Shown here piece by piece: positions 27,513 through 38,002 of a DNA stretch of 64,000 bases. The notes below the pieces were generated by a model. The model saw only the letters and a program-made list of their open reading frames with translations, was not told the origin of the DNA and searched no databases. Position 1 is the first letter of the stretch; the number at the start of each line of letters is the position of its first letter. The position numbers were made by a program, and so were the translations under genes. Source of the stretch: an uncultured Chloroflexia bacterium (GTDB taxonomy: Bacteria; Chloroflexota; Limnocylindria; Limnocylindrales; CSP1-4); the NCBI GenBank assembly GCA_963748625.1, contig CAVVJT010000010.1, positions 1,184,001 through 1,248,000 of the forward strand. The letters are read 5' to 3'.

Positions 27513-29724
27513 CGGCCCCGGCACCTGCGGCTAGGGCGGCCTCGCCGGCGGGCCCGGCAGCAGCATCAGCACCATCGGCAACGGCAGCGTCGACAATGGC
27601 ACCGGCAGTGGCAGTGGCAGCACCATCGGCAACGGCAGCGTCGGTGGCCATCACGTTGAGCACCGTCCGCCACGACACGGCAACCACGCCGAGCGCAGGC
27701 ACCACCAGCAGCATGCCCAGGATGCCAGCGATCGTGGACCCGATCGGGATGGCGAGGAGGACGATGGCCGGGTGCAGGTGGACCGTCTTGCCGTACACGA
27801 TCGGGCTCACGACGTTGCCGGTCACGATGTTGAACACCAGCGTCCAGAGCGCCATGATCGCGATGTCCGTCGGTGAGCCGGTGGCGATCGTGAGCAGGAG
27901 CGCGACCCCGGTGGAGATGAACCCGCCGACGTACGGGATGAAGCACAGGAAGAACGAGAGCACGAACACGGGCAACGCCAGCGGGATGCCCAGGAGCACC
28001 ATGATCACCAGCTGGCTCGCAGCTCCGACGAAGGAGATCGCTGCAGTCCCGTACATGTAGCCACCGAGCACCTCGAAGGCGCGCGTCCCGGTCGCCTGGA
28101 CCTCGGCCGCCTGCCCGCCGCGGACGTGTCCCATGAGATGCGCCCAGAGCCTGTCGCCGTCGCGCAGGAAGTAGAAGCTGAGCAGCGTCGCCAGGACCGC
28201 GACGACCACTGCGCTTGCGATGTCCTGGGCGACGGCCGCAATGGCATACGAGCCCTCCGCGCCGATCTGGCGGATCGCCTCGACAAGGAGCGCCAGGTTG
28301 CCCCCGCTCGCCGCATCCGTGCGTTGGGCACCCTCGACGACGCCGTCCGCGAGGCGGACGGCCTCCTGCGTCAGCACGCCGACAGCCAGCAGGAGGAGGA
28401 CGAAGACGATGAGCAGCGTTCCACCGAGCGCCAGGCCGATGGCCTTGCCGCGCGCCCGTCCCCGCAGCTGCAGCCAGCGAACGATCGGCGAGAACGTCGC
28501 CGCGAGGATGACCCCAAGCACCACCGGCACCACCACGAGCGGGACGGTGACCACCATGACCACCATGAGGGCGACAAGCCCCAGGCCCGCAAGCAGCCGC
28601 CAGCTCCACTGCGCGATCCGGTCGAGCCAGGCGGGCACGAGGCCGGGCAGCTCGGGCGGGTCGTCCGGCTCCAGCACCTCAACCACGGCCGATGCCACGG
28701 CGAGCACCACGGCCAGCAGGGGCACCGCGGCGAAGAGGCCGATGATGCCGGCGACCTGGAAGCCGGCGGGCAGTGCGATCAGCACCAGTGCCGGGTGGAG
28801 GCTCACGCTGCGCCCGTACACCGACGGGCGGATCGCATACGCCATGAACACGTTGCGGACCGCGATGAGGCCGAGCATGATCACCGCGGCCGTGGTGCCC
28901 AGGGATCCGTAGGTCACGACCAGCACGATCAGCGTGGTGAGGATCCCGCCGAAGTACGGGATGTAGCCCGCGAGGAACACCAGCAGCGAGAGGGGCACCG
29001 CGAGCGGCACACCGAGCAGGACCATGAAGACCAGGTCGGTCAGGGCGACGATCGCCGAGAGCACCGTGGTCCCCACCAGGTAGCCGCCGACCCGCGAGAG
29101 TGCCTCCTCGCCCGCGCCGGTCATGTGCGCCTGCTTCTCGACCGGCATCGCCTGCAGGCACCAGGCCCAGGCGCGGTCGCCGTCACGCAGCAGGAAGAAC
29201 ACGAGGAACGTCGCCAGCACCAGGCTCGTCACCACCCCGGCGGCCGACGCGAAGGCGTTGGAAAGGACTCCGCTCACGACGGACCCGACGACTCCCGCCA
29301 GCCCCGCCACCAGGTCGCCGGTGACCGGCGGCAGGCCCAGGGCTGCGATGTCCGCCTGGAGGTCGGCCGCCGAGGCCTGGGTCTCCTCGATGACGGACAC
29401 GATGTAGGGCAGGAAGGCGATGGCGAGCACCACCAGGAGCAGGGTCACCGCCCCCATGCCGGCGGCCCACACGATCCCCGCCGCCGCCGATCGGGAGCGG
29501 CCCATCGCCCGCAGGTGCCGCGTGGCCGGCACGAGCACCGCCGACACGACCACCGCGACCGCGACCGCGGCCGTGACGGTGGCCAGCAGCGAGAGCAGGA
29601 ACCAGGCAACGCCGAGCAGGCTGGTGACGACCAGCAGGCGCCACGAGAGCGCAGCGAGGTTGGCCAGCCACGGCGGAACGAGTCCGACGTCGTCGGTCGT
29701 GCCGGTGCCCCGCGTCTGGGTCAT
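27502..29724 (-). CDS. AI-2E family transporter with two tandem AI-2E domains
   Basis: duplicated motif sets: FFLLRDG/FYFLRDG, YIPYFG/FIPYVG, YGRSVSLHPA/YGKTVHLHPA. Confidence 0.88.
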   Translation of the reverse strand: MTQTRGTGTTDDVGLVPPWLANLAALSWRLLVVTSLLGVAWFLLSLLATVTAAVAVAVVVSAVLVPATRHLRAMGRSRSAAAGIVWAAGMGAVTLLLVVLAIAFLPYIVSVIEETQASAADLQADIAALGLPPVTGDLVAGLAGVVGSVVSGVLSNAFASAAGVVTSLVLATFLVFFLLRDGDRAWAWCLQAMPVEKQAHMTGAGEEALSRVGGYLVGTTVLSAIVALTDLVFMVLLGVPLAVPLSLLVFLAGYIPYFGGILTTLIVLVVTYGSLGTTAAVIMLGLIAVRNVFMAYAIRPSVYGRSVSLHPALVLIALPAGFQVAGIIGLFAAVPLLAVVLAVASAVVEVLEPDDPPELPGLVPAWLDRIAQWSWRLLAGLGLVALMVVMVVTVPLVVVPVVLGVILAATFSPIVRWLQLRGRARGKAIGLALGGTLLIVFVLLLLAVGVLTQEAVRLADGVVEGAQRTDAASGGNLALLVEAIRQIGAEGSYAIAAVAQDIASAVVVAVLATLLSFYFLRDGDRLWAHLMGHVRGGQAAEVQATGTRAFEVLGGYMYGTAAISFVGAASQLVIMVLLGIPLALPVFVLSFFLCFIPYVGGFISTGVALLLTIATGSPTDIAIMALWTLVFNIVTGNVVSPIVYGKTVHLHPAIVLLAIPIGSTIAGILGMLLVVPALGVVAVSWRTVLNVMATDAAVADGAATATAGAIVDAAVADGADAAAGPAGEAALAAGAGADAG

Positions 29725-29874
29725 GGGCCCTCCATCACTCGCGACTGGTCTGCCGCTGCTGCGCAGGGTATGGCACACGGCGTCCCTGCGGTAGCAGGAC
29801 CTGCACTGGCCGCGGCCGGCAGCCTGCATGCGACCCGGGTGCCCGACCCGGCCCCCGACCACCTGCGGCAGATC

Positions 29875-32779
29875 CTAGCTGCGGGTCACCTGCAGGCCGG
29901 TCTGGGACACCGAGAGGTCCACGAACCGCGCGCGCGGATTGGGGGGATCGGACGCGAGCGTGTGCTTGATCCGGCGCGCCGCCTCGTCGTCGCGGGCCAG
30001 CATCAGCAGGTAGCCGCCGCCGCCCGCGCCCAGCAGCTTGGCCGCCGCGAGCCACGGCGCGACGCGGGCGAGGATCGCCTGGACCTCGGGCGTGCTGGTA
30101 CCCGGGTCCAGCTGCTGGTTGAGAACCCAGGCGCGGTCGATCACGCGCGCGAACCGCTCGTAGTCACAGCGCTGGAACGCGTCAACGGCGGCGGCGGCGT
30201 TCGCCCCGATCGCCTGGAGCGTGTCGATGTGGGCTGGCGCGTTGAGGAAGATGCCCCGCACGACCTCCTGGAGGATTCCCTTCGCCATGCGGGTGAGCCC
30301 CGTGTAGTAGAGGAGGACCGACCGATTCGCGTAGGCCGGACCCAACAGCTCTTCGGGCAGCCAGCGCAGCAGCGGCCGCTGGGCGAGACCCGGCGACGTC
30401 TCCACCAGCTTGATCCCGCGGAAGATCCCGCCCGCCTGGTCCTGCCAGCCGCCGCCGGTGGTGACGAGCTGCTCGAGGGCGAGCGTCCGGGTGAACAGCA
30501 CACTGTGGTCCCAGCCCAGGCCGCACAGGTCGCCCAGCGCGGCCAGGAGCGTTGCCGCGAGCACGCTGCTGGTGCCCAGTCCCGATCCCTTGGGCACGGC
30601 GCTGAGCATCGAGAGCTCGATCCCCCCACCGAACGCCAGGAGCTGGTCGCGCAGGGAAGCCGCGGCGGGTCCGCCGTTGAACGCCGGCAGGAACCCGGCG
30701 AGCGCCAGCGCCGCCTTGGCCAGGCCGAACTCGCTGCCCGGCTGGGCGAACGTGCCGAGCTCCTCCCAGGTCCGGACCCGGGCCTCCACGCCCAGGTCGA
30801 TGGACCGCAGCACGATCTCGGGTGTTGCCGCCGTCCGCACGAAGACCTGGATCGGCGGCTGGCCGTTGAGGTCCACGGCGACATTGACGACGCGCCCGCC
30901 GTACTGGATGCAGTAGGGCGGCGTGTCCGTCCAGCCCCCGGCCATGTCGAGGCGCACGGGGCTGCGCGCCCACACGATCTGGTCGTCCATGATGTCGCGC
31001 CGGGGCTGGACCGGCGTCAAGCGGGCCTCACGCACGATGAGGTCGCGCAGGCGGCCGAAGGCGGCATCCTCACGCGCCTGCCAGCCCTCCTGGCCCCGGT
31101 GCCGCATGACGGCCGAGCGGAACATCTCGGAGTGGACCGGGTTGAGCGGCTCGAACGGATCGCTGCCGTCGTCGTCGGCCGGGAGTGGCAGATCGCTCTG
31201 GGCGAACAGGCCGGCAGTGGACTCGAGGTCAAGCCGGTAGAACACGCTGCGCTCGGCGTGGGCGAGCATCGGTCCCAAGGCGGCCTGCGCGAGGGCGCGG
31301 CGCTGGTCGAGGAGGCGGCGCACGTCCGCGCGCTCCCCGAGGGCGGCCGCCGAGAGCCGGTCGGACGTGCGCCACCGCTCGGTGAGCGCCGTGTCGGGGA
31401 TCGGGGGCGGCGTGCACATCCAGGCGATGAGCTCGCCCGCCCCGTCCACGGCGTCCACGACCGGGAACAGCGGCGCATCGTGGATGTCCAGCGCCGGGAT
31501 CGAGGCCGGCCGACAGGAATGTCAGACCGCGCGCCGTGAGCCAGTCCGCGACGGGCTCCCCGAACCACCCGGTCGCAGCATCGCCCAGCGCACCCGAGAA
31601 CGGGTCGTCGATGCCGTAGGGGCGCAGGCACCAGCGATCCCGATCGAGGGGCACGACGTCCAGGCAGGTGCCCGGCCGCAGGTCCAGCGCCCATGCGTTG
31701 TCCGGGATGCCGGTGAGGACATGGCTGTCGCCCAGGCGCCAGCCCGACGGGATCACGCTGTTCTCGATCCACAGCGTGTGGTTCACATCGGGGCGCAGCG
31801 GCACCTCGATACGTGCGTTCTGCTGATGGATGTCAGGGTGGTGGCGGGCCCCGGTGAGCCCCAGGCTCGGCCCATCGAACACCAGGTTCTGCAGCGCCGA
31901 CGTGGACTCGATCAGCTGGCGGCTCGACCCGAAGTGGTGGAAGGTCGCGTCCGGCAGGCGGACGACCCCGGAGGTGAGGCCGGCCAGCGCCGGGTCGGGC
32001 ATGGTGGGGTGGGAGCCGAGCGCCAGGCCCACCCCGGCGTACAGCTCGAACGGCGCGGGTGCGTCTCCCGCAAAGCGCGAGCCATCCCAGCCGGCCTTGC
32101 GCATCAGGGCGTCCACCGCGCGCTCGCTCAGGAGCCACATCCCGGTATCCACCAGGTACACGTGGTCGTCCGAGAGGTCGGCCAGGTGCTCCGGGTCCGG
32201 CTTCTGCAGGAAGAACGCGAGCTCGTCGGGGCGGCTGCGCAGGCTCAGGAAGACCCCGTGGTCCTTGGCCGTCTCCGCCCGGACGGTCATGCCCAGGCCC
32301 AGCACGTCGACGTCCGGGAACGGCGGCAGGTCGCGCCCGAAGCGCAGCAGGACATCCCCGGTCGTGACCAGGGCCACGGTGGAGGCGGGGGCGTGCTCCA
32401 GGATGCGCCGGTAGTCCGGTGCCTGCAGGTCCAGCAGGGTCTGATCCAGGCGCTGGCCGCGGGACCAGCGGAAGACCGGGATCGGCAGGAGCGTCTTGCC
32501 GGCGGGCGCGTAGGCCGGCAGGCGACGACTGTGACCCCCGCCGTGGATCAGCAGCTTGCGGCTCCCGCGCAGCCAGTCCGCGAAGGGCGCGCCGTCACCC
32601 GTGGCCCGCCAGGCATCGGCGAACAGGTTGGCGGTGCCGCCGCCGGATCCCAGGCGGGGGCCGGCCGGGTCCGCCGTGGCGAACCATGCCGGGCGCGGGC
32701 GTCCGGTGAGGGCTTCGAAGTCCTTGGCCATGCCCGGAGGCAGCGTCAGGAGGTGCTGGACAAGCGGTCGGTCGGGCAT
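29875..32779 (-). CDS. fkp: bifunctional L-fucokinase/L-fucose-1-phosphate guanylyltransferase; single +1 frameshift at ~31497
   Basis: LLTLPP..F..DP.G.RLGSGGGT, HGGGHSRRLPAYAP.GK N-terminus; GHMP kinase SPVRLDMAGGWTDTPP, PKGSGLGTSS, GGGWQDQ, KLLGAGGGG; frames join if one G of the 31496-31498 run is removed. Confidence 0.9.
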
Positions 32780-33179
32780 CGCTCGGGGGCAGGGGGTGGC
32801 AGACGATCGGTCCGGCCAGTGTCTCACGCGGAGGGCGCCCCGGGCGGCCAGATCGGCCACCGGAGCGCGACGTGCGCGGCCACCTCCCTGCTGCACGTCC
32901 GAGGCCCCATTTCGGGGGACGCATGGCACTTCAGGGTACCGAGTCCTTACAGGCACCCTGACAACCGTCAATGCTCATCTGGGCGCCGCCGGTCGGCAGC
33001 CACCAGATCCTCGAAGGCTGTCGGGCCCGCCGGGCCCGCGCCGAAGTCCCCGCGGTCCAGCGAGCGCAGCTTCGCGCGGGCTGGGTGCGATCCGCGTCCC
33101 CCCCGGCCCCGTCGCAGCGCGCACGGACGCATCGCGTATGCCGGCCAATGACAGGTGCCCCTTGCACAGGGGGTGGGGA

Positions 33180-34607
33180 ATGTCCAAGCGGGTGATCATC
33201 ATCGTGACGGCGCTGGCCGTCACAGTGGCCGTGCCGGCTGCTTGCGGGGCCGGATCCGCGAAGCCTGTCAAGAACGTCATCGTCATGATCGACGACGGGG
33301 CGGGCTACAACCAGCACGAGGCCGGCAGCCTCTACGACACAGGCTCGGTGGACGGCGAGGTCTACAACGCGTTCCCCTACACATCCGCCGTGTCGACCTA
33401 CTCCTATGGGGACGTGGCACCCGGGGAGTGCGCCGACCTCAACACGTACGATCCGCAGGCCGCCTGGGCAACGTTCGCCTGGGTCCTCGACGATCCAACC
33501 GATTCCGCGGCTGCCGCCACGGCGATGGCGACCGGCATCAAGACGTACGACGCTGCGATCGGGGTCGACTGCGCCGGCCAACCCGTGGAGAACGTGGTCG
33601 AGGCGGCGGAGAAGCTGGGCAAGGCAACGGGTGTCGTCACGACGGTCCCGTTCAGCCACGCCACTCCGGCCGGGTTCGTCGCCCACGAAACCCAGCGGGA
33701 CGAATTCGAGAAGATCGCCGTGGACATGATCCGCGACTCGGCGACCGACGTGATCATGGGCGGAGGCCACCCGTACTTCAGCCAGTCTGGCGCGCCGGTC
33801 GAGAAGCCGGGCTACAAGTTCATCGGCGAGAGCGAGTACGCCGACCTCAAGGCCGGGGTCGCCGGTGCTGACGCGGACGGGGACGGAACCCCTGACCCGT
33901 TCACGCTGATCGAGACCCAGGAGGCGTTCAAGGCTCTTGCGGCCGGCGACACGCCGAAGCGCGTGTTCGGCCTGGCGCCCGTGCGCCGGACACTGCAGGA
34001 GGATCGCGCGTCGCTCGACACGACCTGGCAGCCCTACGAGAAGGAGACGATCACGACCACCCCGGCCCTCGCCGAGATGGTGAACGGGGCCCTGAACGTG
34101 CTCGACAACGACCCCGATGGCTTCTTCGTGATGATCGAAGGCGGCGCCACCGACTGGGCCGCCCACGACAGCCAGCTCGGCCTGCTGATCGAGGAGGAGC
34201 TCGCGTTCGACCGTGCGGTGGACGCGGTGGTCTCCTGGGTCGACACGCACAGCTCCTGGAACGACACCATGCTGGTCGTCACGTCCGACCACGAGACCGG
34301 TCTCCTCAACGGGCCAGACTCCGGCGTGGTCGCCGACAGTCCGGTCTGGAACCCGCTTGTGTCCAATGGCAAGGGCACGATGCCCGACGGCGACTGGCAC
34401 ACGGTCGGCCACACCAACAGCCTCGTCCCGATCTGGGTGCAGGGCGAGCCGGGGAAGCTGCTCTCGTCCTACGTGGACGGCACGGACCCCAAACGCGGCG
34501 CCTACATCGACAACACCGACATCCACAGCCTGATCCTCGCGGCGCTCGGAGCGCCCACCCAGCCGGAAGCCAGCCCAGGCACCACTGGTCCCAGCGCGAC
34601 CGACTGA
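33180..34607 (+). CDS. phoA: alkaline phosphatase (PhoA family), probable lipoprotein
   Basis: KNVIVMIDDG, TDSAAAATA active-site Ser, HATPA, FFVMIEGG..DWAAH, TSDHETG; AAC lipobox. Confidence 0.9.
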   Translation: MSKRVIIIVTALAVTVAVPAACGAGSAKPVKNVIVMIDDGAGYNQHEAGSLYDTGSVDGEVYNAFPYTSAVSTYSYGDVAPGECADLNTYDPQAAWATFAWVLDDPTDSAAAATAMATGIKTYDAAIGVDCAGQPVENVVEAAEKLGKATGVVTTVPFSHATPAGFVAHETQRDEFEKIAVDMIRDSATDVIMGGGHPYFSQSGAPVEKPGYKFIGESEYADLKAGVAGADADGDGTPDPFTLIETQEAFKALAAGDTPKRVFGLAPVRRTLQEDRASLDTTWQPYEKETITTTPALAEMVNGALNVLDNDPDGFFVMIEGGATDWAAHDSQLGLLIEEELAFDRAVDAVVSWVDTHSSWNDTMLVVTSDHETGLLNGPDSGVVADSPVWNPLVSNGKGTMPDGDWHTVGHTNSLVPIWVQGEPGKLLSSYVDGTDPKRGAYIDNTDIHSLILAALGAPTQPEASPGTTGPSATD

Positions 34608-34681
34608 CGTCCGGCCGCCAACGGGCGGACGTCCCCCGGCCTCGACTGGCATCATCGGCGGATGCCAGTGGGAGCCTGATC

Positions 34682-36064
34682 ATGTCCATGCTCGTGACCG
34701 GCCGGATCATGCAGACGCCGGCACCCTCGGACCTCGAGGTGCTGGACGCTGCGATCCTCGTTCGGGACGATGGCGTCATCGATGCGGTGGAGCCCGCCGG
34801 ATCCGAGGCGGCCGCCCGGCTCGCGATGGAGCCCGGCGTCCGTGTCGTGGCCACGCCGGCCAGGTCGGTGCTCCTGCCGGGCATGGTTGACCTGCACGTC
34901 CACGCCCCGCAGTGGCCCCAGCTGGGCACCGGCCTTGACCTGCCGCTCGAGGACTGGCTCTTCGCCTACACGTTCCCGCTGGAGGCCCGGTTCGCGGACC
35001 TGGCGTTTGCGCGGCCCGTCTGGGCCGATCTCGTGGACGGGCTGCTGGCGCACGGCACGACGACGGCCGTGTACTACGCGACGGTGGACGTCGACGCCAC
35101 CACGGCGCTCGCGGAGGCGGCGCTTGCCGCCGGGCAGCGGGCATACGTGGGGCGGGTGGCGATGGACGCGCCCGACGGGACGCCCGAGTGGTACCGGGAT
35201 GCGTCGGCTGCCGCGGGCGTGGAGGCGTCGCGCGTGTCCATCGAGGCGGTTCGTGCGCTCGCGGACGGTGCGCACCCCTCCCGGGCCGGGTCGATCCCCC
35301 TCGTCCAGCCGATCATCACGCCGCGCTTCACGCCCGCGTGCACGGACGAGCTGCTCGCGGGTCTGGGCGCGCTGGCCGCCACCGAGGGGGCGCTGGTTCA
35401 GACGCACGTGTCCGAATCGGACTGGGCACACGGCCATGCGCTGGCCCGCTTCGGCGTCACGGACACCGTCGCCCTCGACCGGGCGGGGCTCCTGCGTCCG
35501 GGCACGGTCCTGGCGCACGCGAACTTCGTGACCGACACCGACGCCGCGGTCCTCGTCGAACGGGGCGCGGGCATCGCCCACTGTCCGCTGTCCAACGCCT
35601 ACTTCGCGAATGCCGTGCTCCCCGTGCGGCGCCTGGTGGACGCCGGCGTCCGGGTCGGCCTGGGGACGGATGTCTCGGGCGGAGCCTCGCCCTCGCTGCT
35701 GCACGCGGCACACGAGGCGGTGACGGTGTCGCGGATGCTCGCCGACGGCGTGGACCGTGCGCTGCCGGCCGCAGACCGGGGCGTCGCCGGGTCCGCGTTG
35801 GACACGACCTACGCGTTCTGGATGGCCACCGCCGGCGGCGCGGCGGTGCTGGGCGCGCCGGTGGGGCTGCTGGAGCCCGGGCGCCGGTTCGACGCCGTGC
35901 TCGTCGACACGACCTCGCGGCGCGGCTCCCTCCGGGTCTTCGACGGGCTGGACACGCCCGAGCGCACGTTCGAGAAGGTGGTCCGGCTGGCGGGCCCGTC
36001 CGACATCACCGCCGTCTGGGTGGACGGGCGCCAGGTGGTCGGGGGCGTCGGGATCGTCGGGTAG
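34682..36064 (+). CDS. guaD: guanine deaminase
   Basis: PGMVDLHVHAPQW, ITPRF, QTHVSES, AHCPLSN, GLGTDVSGG. Confidence 0.9.
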   Translation: MSMLVTGRIMQTPAPSDLEVLDAAILVRDDGVIDAVEPAGSEAAARLAMEPGVRVVATPARSVLLPGMVDLHVHAPQWPQLGTGLDLPLEDWLFAYTFPLEARFADLAFARPVWADLVDGLLAHGTTTAVYYATVDVDATTALAEAALAAGQRAYVGRVAMDAPDGTPEWYRDASAAAGVEASRVSIEAVRALADGAHPSRAGSIPLVQPIITPRFTPACTDELLAGLGALAATEGALVQTHVSESDWAHGHALARFGVTDTVALDRAGLLRPGTVLAHANFVTDTDAAVLVERGAGIAHCPLSNAYFANAVLPVRRLVDAGVRVGLGTDVSGGASPSLLHAAHEAVTVSRMLADGVDRALPAADRGVAGSALDTTYAFWMATAGGAAVLGAPVGLLEPGRRFDAVLVDTTSRRGSLRVFDGLDTPERTFEKVVRLAGPSDITAVWVDGRQVVGGVGIVG

Positions 36065-36089
36065 AACGGCTTCGAGAACCCCCAGAAAC

Positions 36090-36123
36090 GCGGAAGGGCC
36101 CCGGCGAACCGGGGCCCTTCCGC
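36090..36123. terminator. bidirectional terminator hairpin between convergent guaD and htrA
   Basis: perfect 15-bp stem GCGGAAGGGCCCCGG-cgaa-CCGGGGCCCTTCCGC. Confidence 0.8.
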
Positions 36124-36143
36124 TGGAACGGGAACCAGGAGGA

Positions 36144-37841
36144 TCAGAGGCTGGCGGGGCGGGTCCCCAGCGTCACCTCGAGCGTGATCGTCTGACCGGC
36201 CCGCAGGACGCTGAGCGCGGCCTTGTCGCCGGGGGCGAGCTGGCTGAGCGCGTAGTCGAGCGGGTAGCTGCTCTCGATCGTGGTGCCGTTGAGCGCGGTG
36301 ATCACGTCACCGGCCTGCAGGCCCGCGGCCTCGGCCGGGGACCCGGCGACGATGACCTCGAGGTCGGCCTGGGTGGGGATCTGCTGGCCCTGGCCGCCGA
36401 ACGGGTCGTTGGGGTCGATGCCCTCGCCGCCCTGGCCCGTGATGCCCTGGCCGGCGCCGGCCATCGCCTGCGCGTCCGGGATCCAGGCGCCGGCATCGGC
36501 CGTGAGGCCCAGCTGCTGCTTGAGGTCCGGCGTGATCATCTCGAACCGGATGCCCAGCCAGGGGCGGGCAAGCGCCTGGCCGGCCGAGGCCTGGCCGAGC
36601 AGCGGGCGGGCGATATTGATCGGGATCGAGAAGCCGATGCCCTGGCTGTCGCCGGCGACCGCGGTGTTGATGCCGATGACCTCGCCCTTGATGTTGAGGA
36701 GCGGGCCCCCGCTGTTGCCGGGGTTGATGGCGGTGTCGGTCTGGATCAGGTTGCTGATCGAGCTCCCGTCCTCCACCTGGATGCTGCGGTGCAGCGCGGA
36801 CACGATGCCGCTGGTGACGGAGTCCGTGAACTCGCCGAGCGGGCTGCCGATGGCGATCGCCTGCTGGCCAACCTCGATCGTGTTCGAGTCGCCGATGCGG
36901 GCGGCGGGCAGGCCGGACTCGTCGACCTTGACGATCGCGAGGTCGGTCATGGTGTCGATGCCGTAGATCTCGGCGTCGATGGTGCGGCCATCCTTGAGGG
37001 TGACGGTGAGCTTGGACGGATTGCCCGAGACGACGTGCCGGTTGGTGAGGATGAGGCCGTTAGCGTCGAAGATGACGCCGGAGCCCTTGGCGGTGCCGCC
37101 GCTCTGCTGGCCGAACATGTCGGTGCTGCTGACGCCCTCGGCGGTGATCGTCACCACAGCCGGGCTGACGGCCTTGACGACGTCGGTCAGGTCGCCGGTG
37201 GTGACGGCCGGGGTGTCGTTGGCGGGCGTGTCGTTGGCGGGGGCCTGCGTCGGGGCCGGAGCCTGTGTCGGGGCCGACGTGGCCGGGGCCTGGGCCTGGG
37301 CGGGCTGCTCGACGCCGGCGGCCGGCTTCTGGTCGGTGCCGTTGTTGGCAGCGCTCGCCGCAAGGTAGGTGCCGCCCGAGGTGATGATCGCGGTGCCGAG
37401 CATCGCGGCCACCAGGGTGCCCACGCCGATGCCGCCGCTCTTCCGCGCGGCGGAGGGGGCCGGGGTTGCAGGCGGGGCGGGGGTCGCGGGGACGCCGGGG
37501 GCGGCCGACCAGGACGGGGCCGGGGCGGCGGGCGCTGCCCAGCCCTGCTGGGGCTGCGGGGCGGCGGGCTGGGCCCAGGGCTCGGGGCTGGCGAACGCCG
37601 GCGGGGCGTACGCCGGCGGAGCGTACGCGGGCGGCGGCACCGGGGCGCCGGGCTGCTGGGGCTGCGGAACGGGCCCCGCGGCGGGCGCCCCGTACACGGG
37701 AGCGCCGTAGGCAGGCGCGCCTGCTCCATAGGCGGGCGTGCCGGTAGGCGGCGTGAAGGCCGTCTGGGTCTCGTCAGTTGCGGGGGAGGGAGCCCACGCC
37801 GGCGGCACGGAGCCGGGCGTGCGGTTGATCGGGTCGGTCAT
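36144..37841 (-). CDS. htrA: HtrA/DegP-family serine protease with PDZ domain and Pro/Ala-rich N-terminus
   Basis: TNRHVV, DLAIVK, QTDTAINPGNSGGPL, SPAEAAGLQAGDVI. Confidence 0.92.
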   Translation of the reverse strand: MTDPINRTPGSVPPAWAPSPATDETQTAFTPPTGTPAYGAGAPAYGAPVYGAPAAGPVPQPQQPGAPVPPPAYAPPAYAPPAFASPEPWAQPAAPQPQQGWAAPAAPAPSWSAAPGVPATPAPPATPAPSAARKSGGIGVGTLVAAMLGTAIITSGGTYLAASAANNGTDQKPAAGVEQPAQAQAPATSAPTQAPAPTQAPANDTPANDTPAVTTGDLTDVVKAVSPAVVTITAEGVSSTDMFGQQSGGTAKGSGVIFDANGLILTNRHVVSGNPSKLTVTLKDGRTIDAEIYGIDTMTDLAIVKVDESGLPAARIGDSNTIEVGQQAIAIGSPLGEFTDSVTSGIVSALHRSIQVEDGSSISNLIQTDTAINPGNSGGPLLNIKGEVIGINTAVAGDSQGIGFSIPINIARPLLGQASAGQALARPWLGIRFEMITPDLKQQLGLTADAGAWIPDAQAMAGAGQGITGQGGEGIDPNDPFGGQGQQIPTQADLEVIVAGSPAEAAGLQAGDVITALNGTTIESSYPLDYALSQLAPGDKAALSVLRAGQTITLEVTLGTRPASL

Positions 37842-37922
37842 CTGGTTCCTTCGGTCCGGGCACTAGTGCATGGAACGGGTTCCCGGGTCTGGACCGAGAT
37901 TGCCGCCCGACCATTGGGCTTT

Positions 37923-37950
37923 CCTGAGACGAAGGTGAAGGTTCCTTGAC
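37923..37950 (-). promoter_or_regulatory. possible OmpR-family direct-repeat box upstream of htrA
   Basis: TCA-containing hexamers at 11-bp period (GTCAAG/TTCACC/CTCAGG on the minus strand). Confidence 0.35.
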
Positions 37951-38002
37951 CTGGCGCCCGCACATCGTTGCGGCGCCTTCACGAATCGCGGGCACCTGAG
38001 CG

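Noticed and set aside
31490-31500. Programmed frameshift or natural split of fkp into two genes
   Set aside because: No slippery heptamer or RBS for the second half; a single extra base in a short homopolymer explains it
28126-31539. 1137-aa plus-strand ORF and other long antisense ORFs (8-1663, 5022-6920, 35757-37949, 60442-62184)
   Set aside because: Shadow frames of well-supported opposite-strand genes; expected at this GC content
32946-32972. Pho box upstream of phoA
   Set aside because: CTTACA/CTGACA are 12 bp apart, not 11, and poorly conserved
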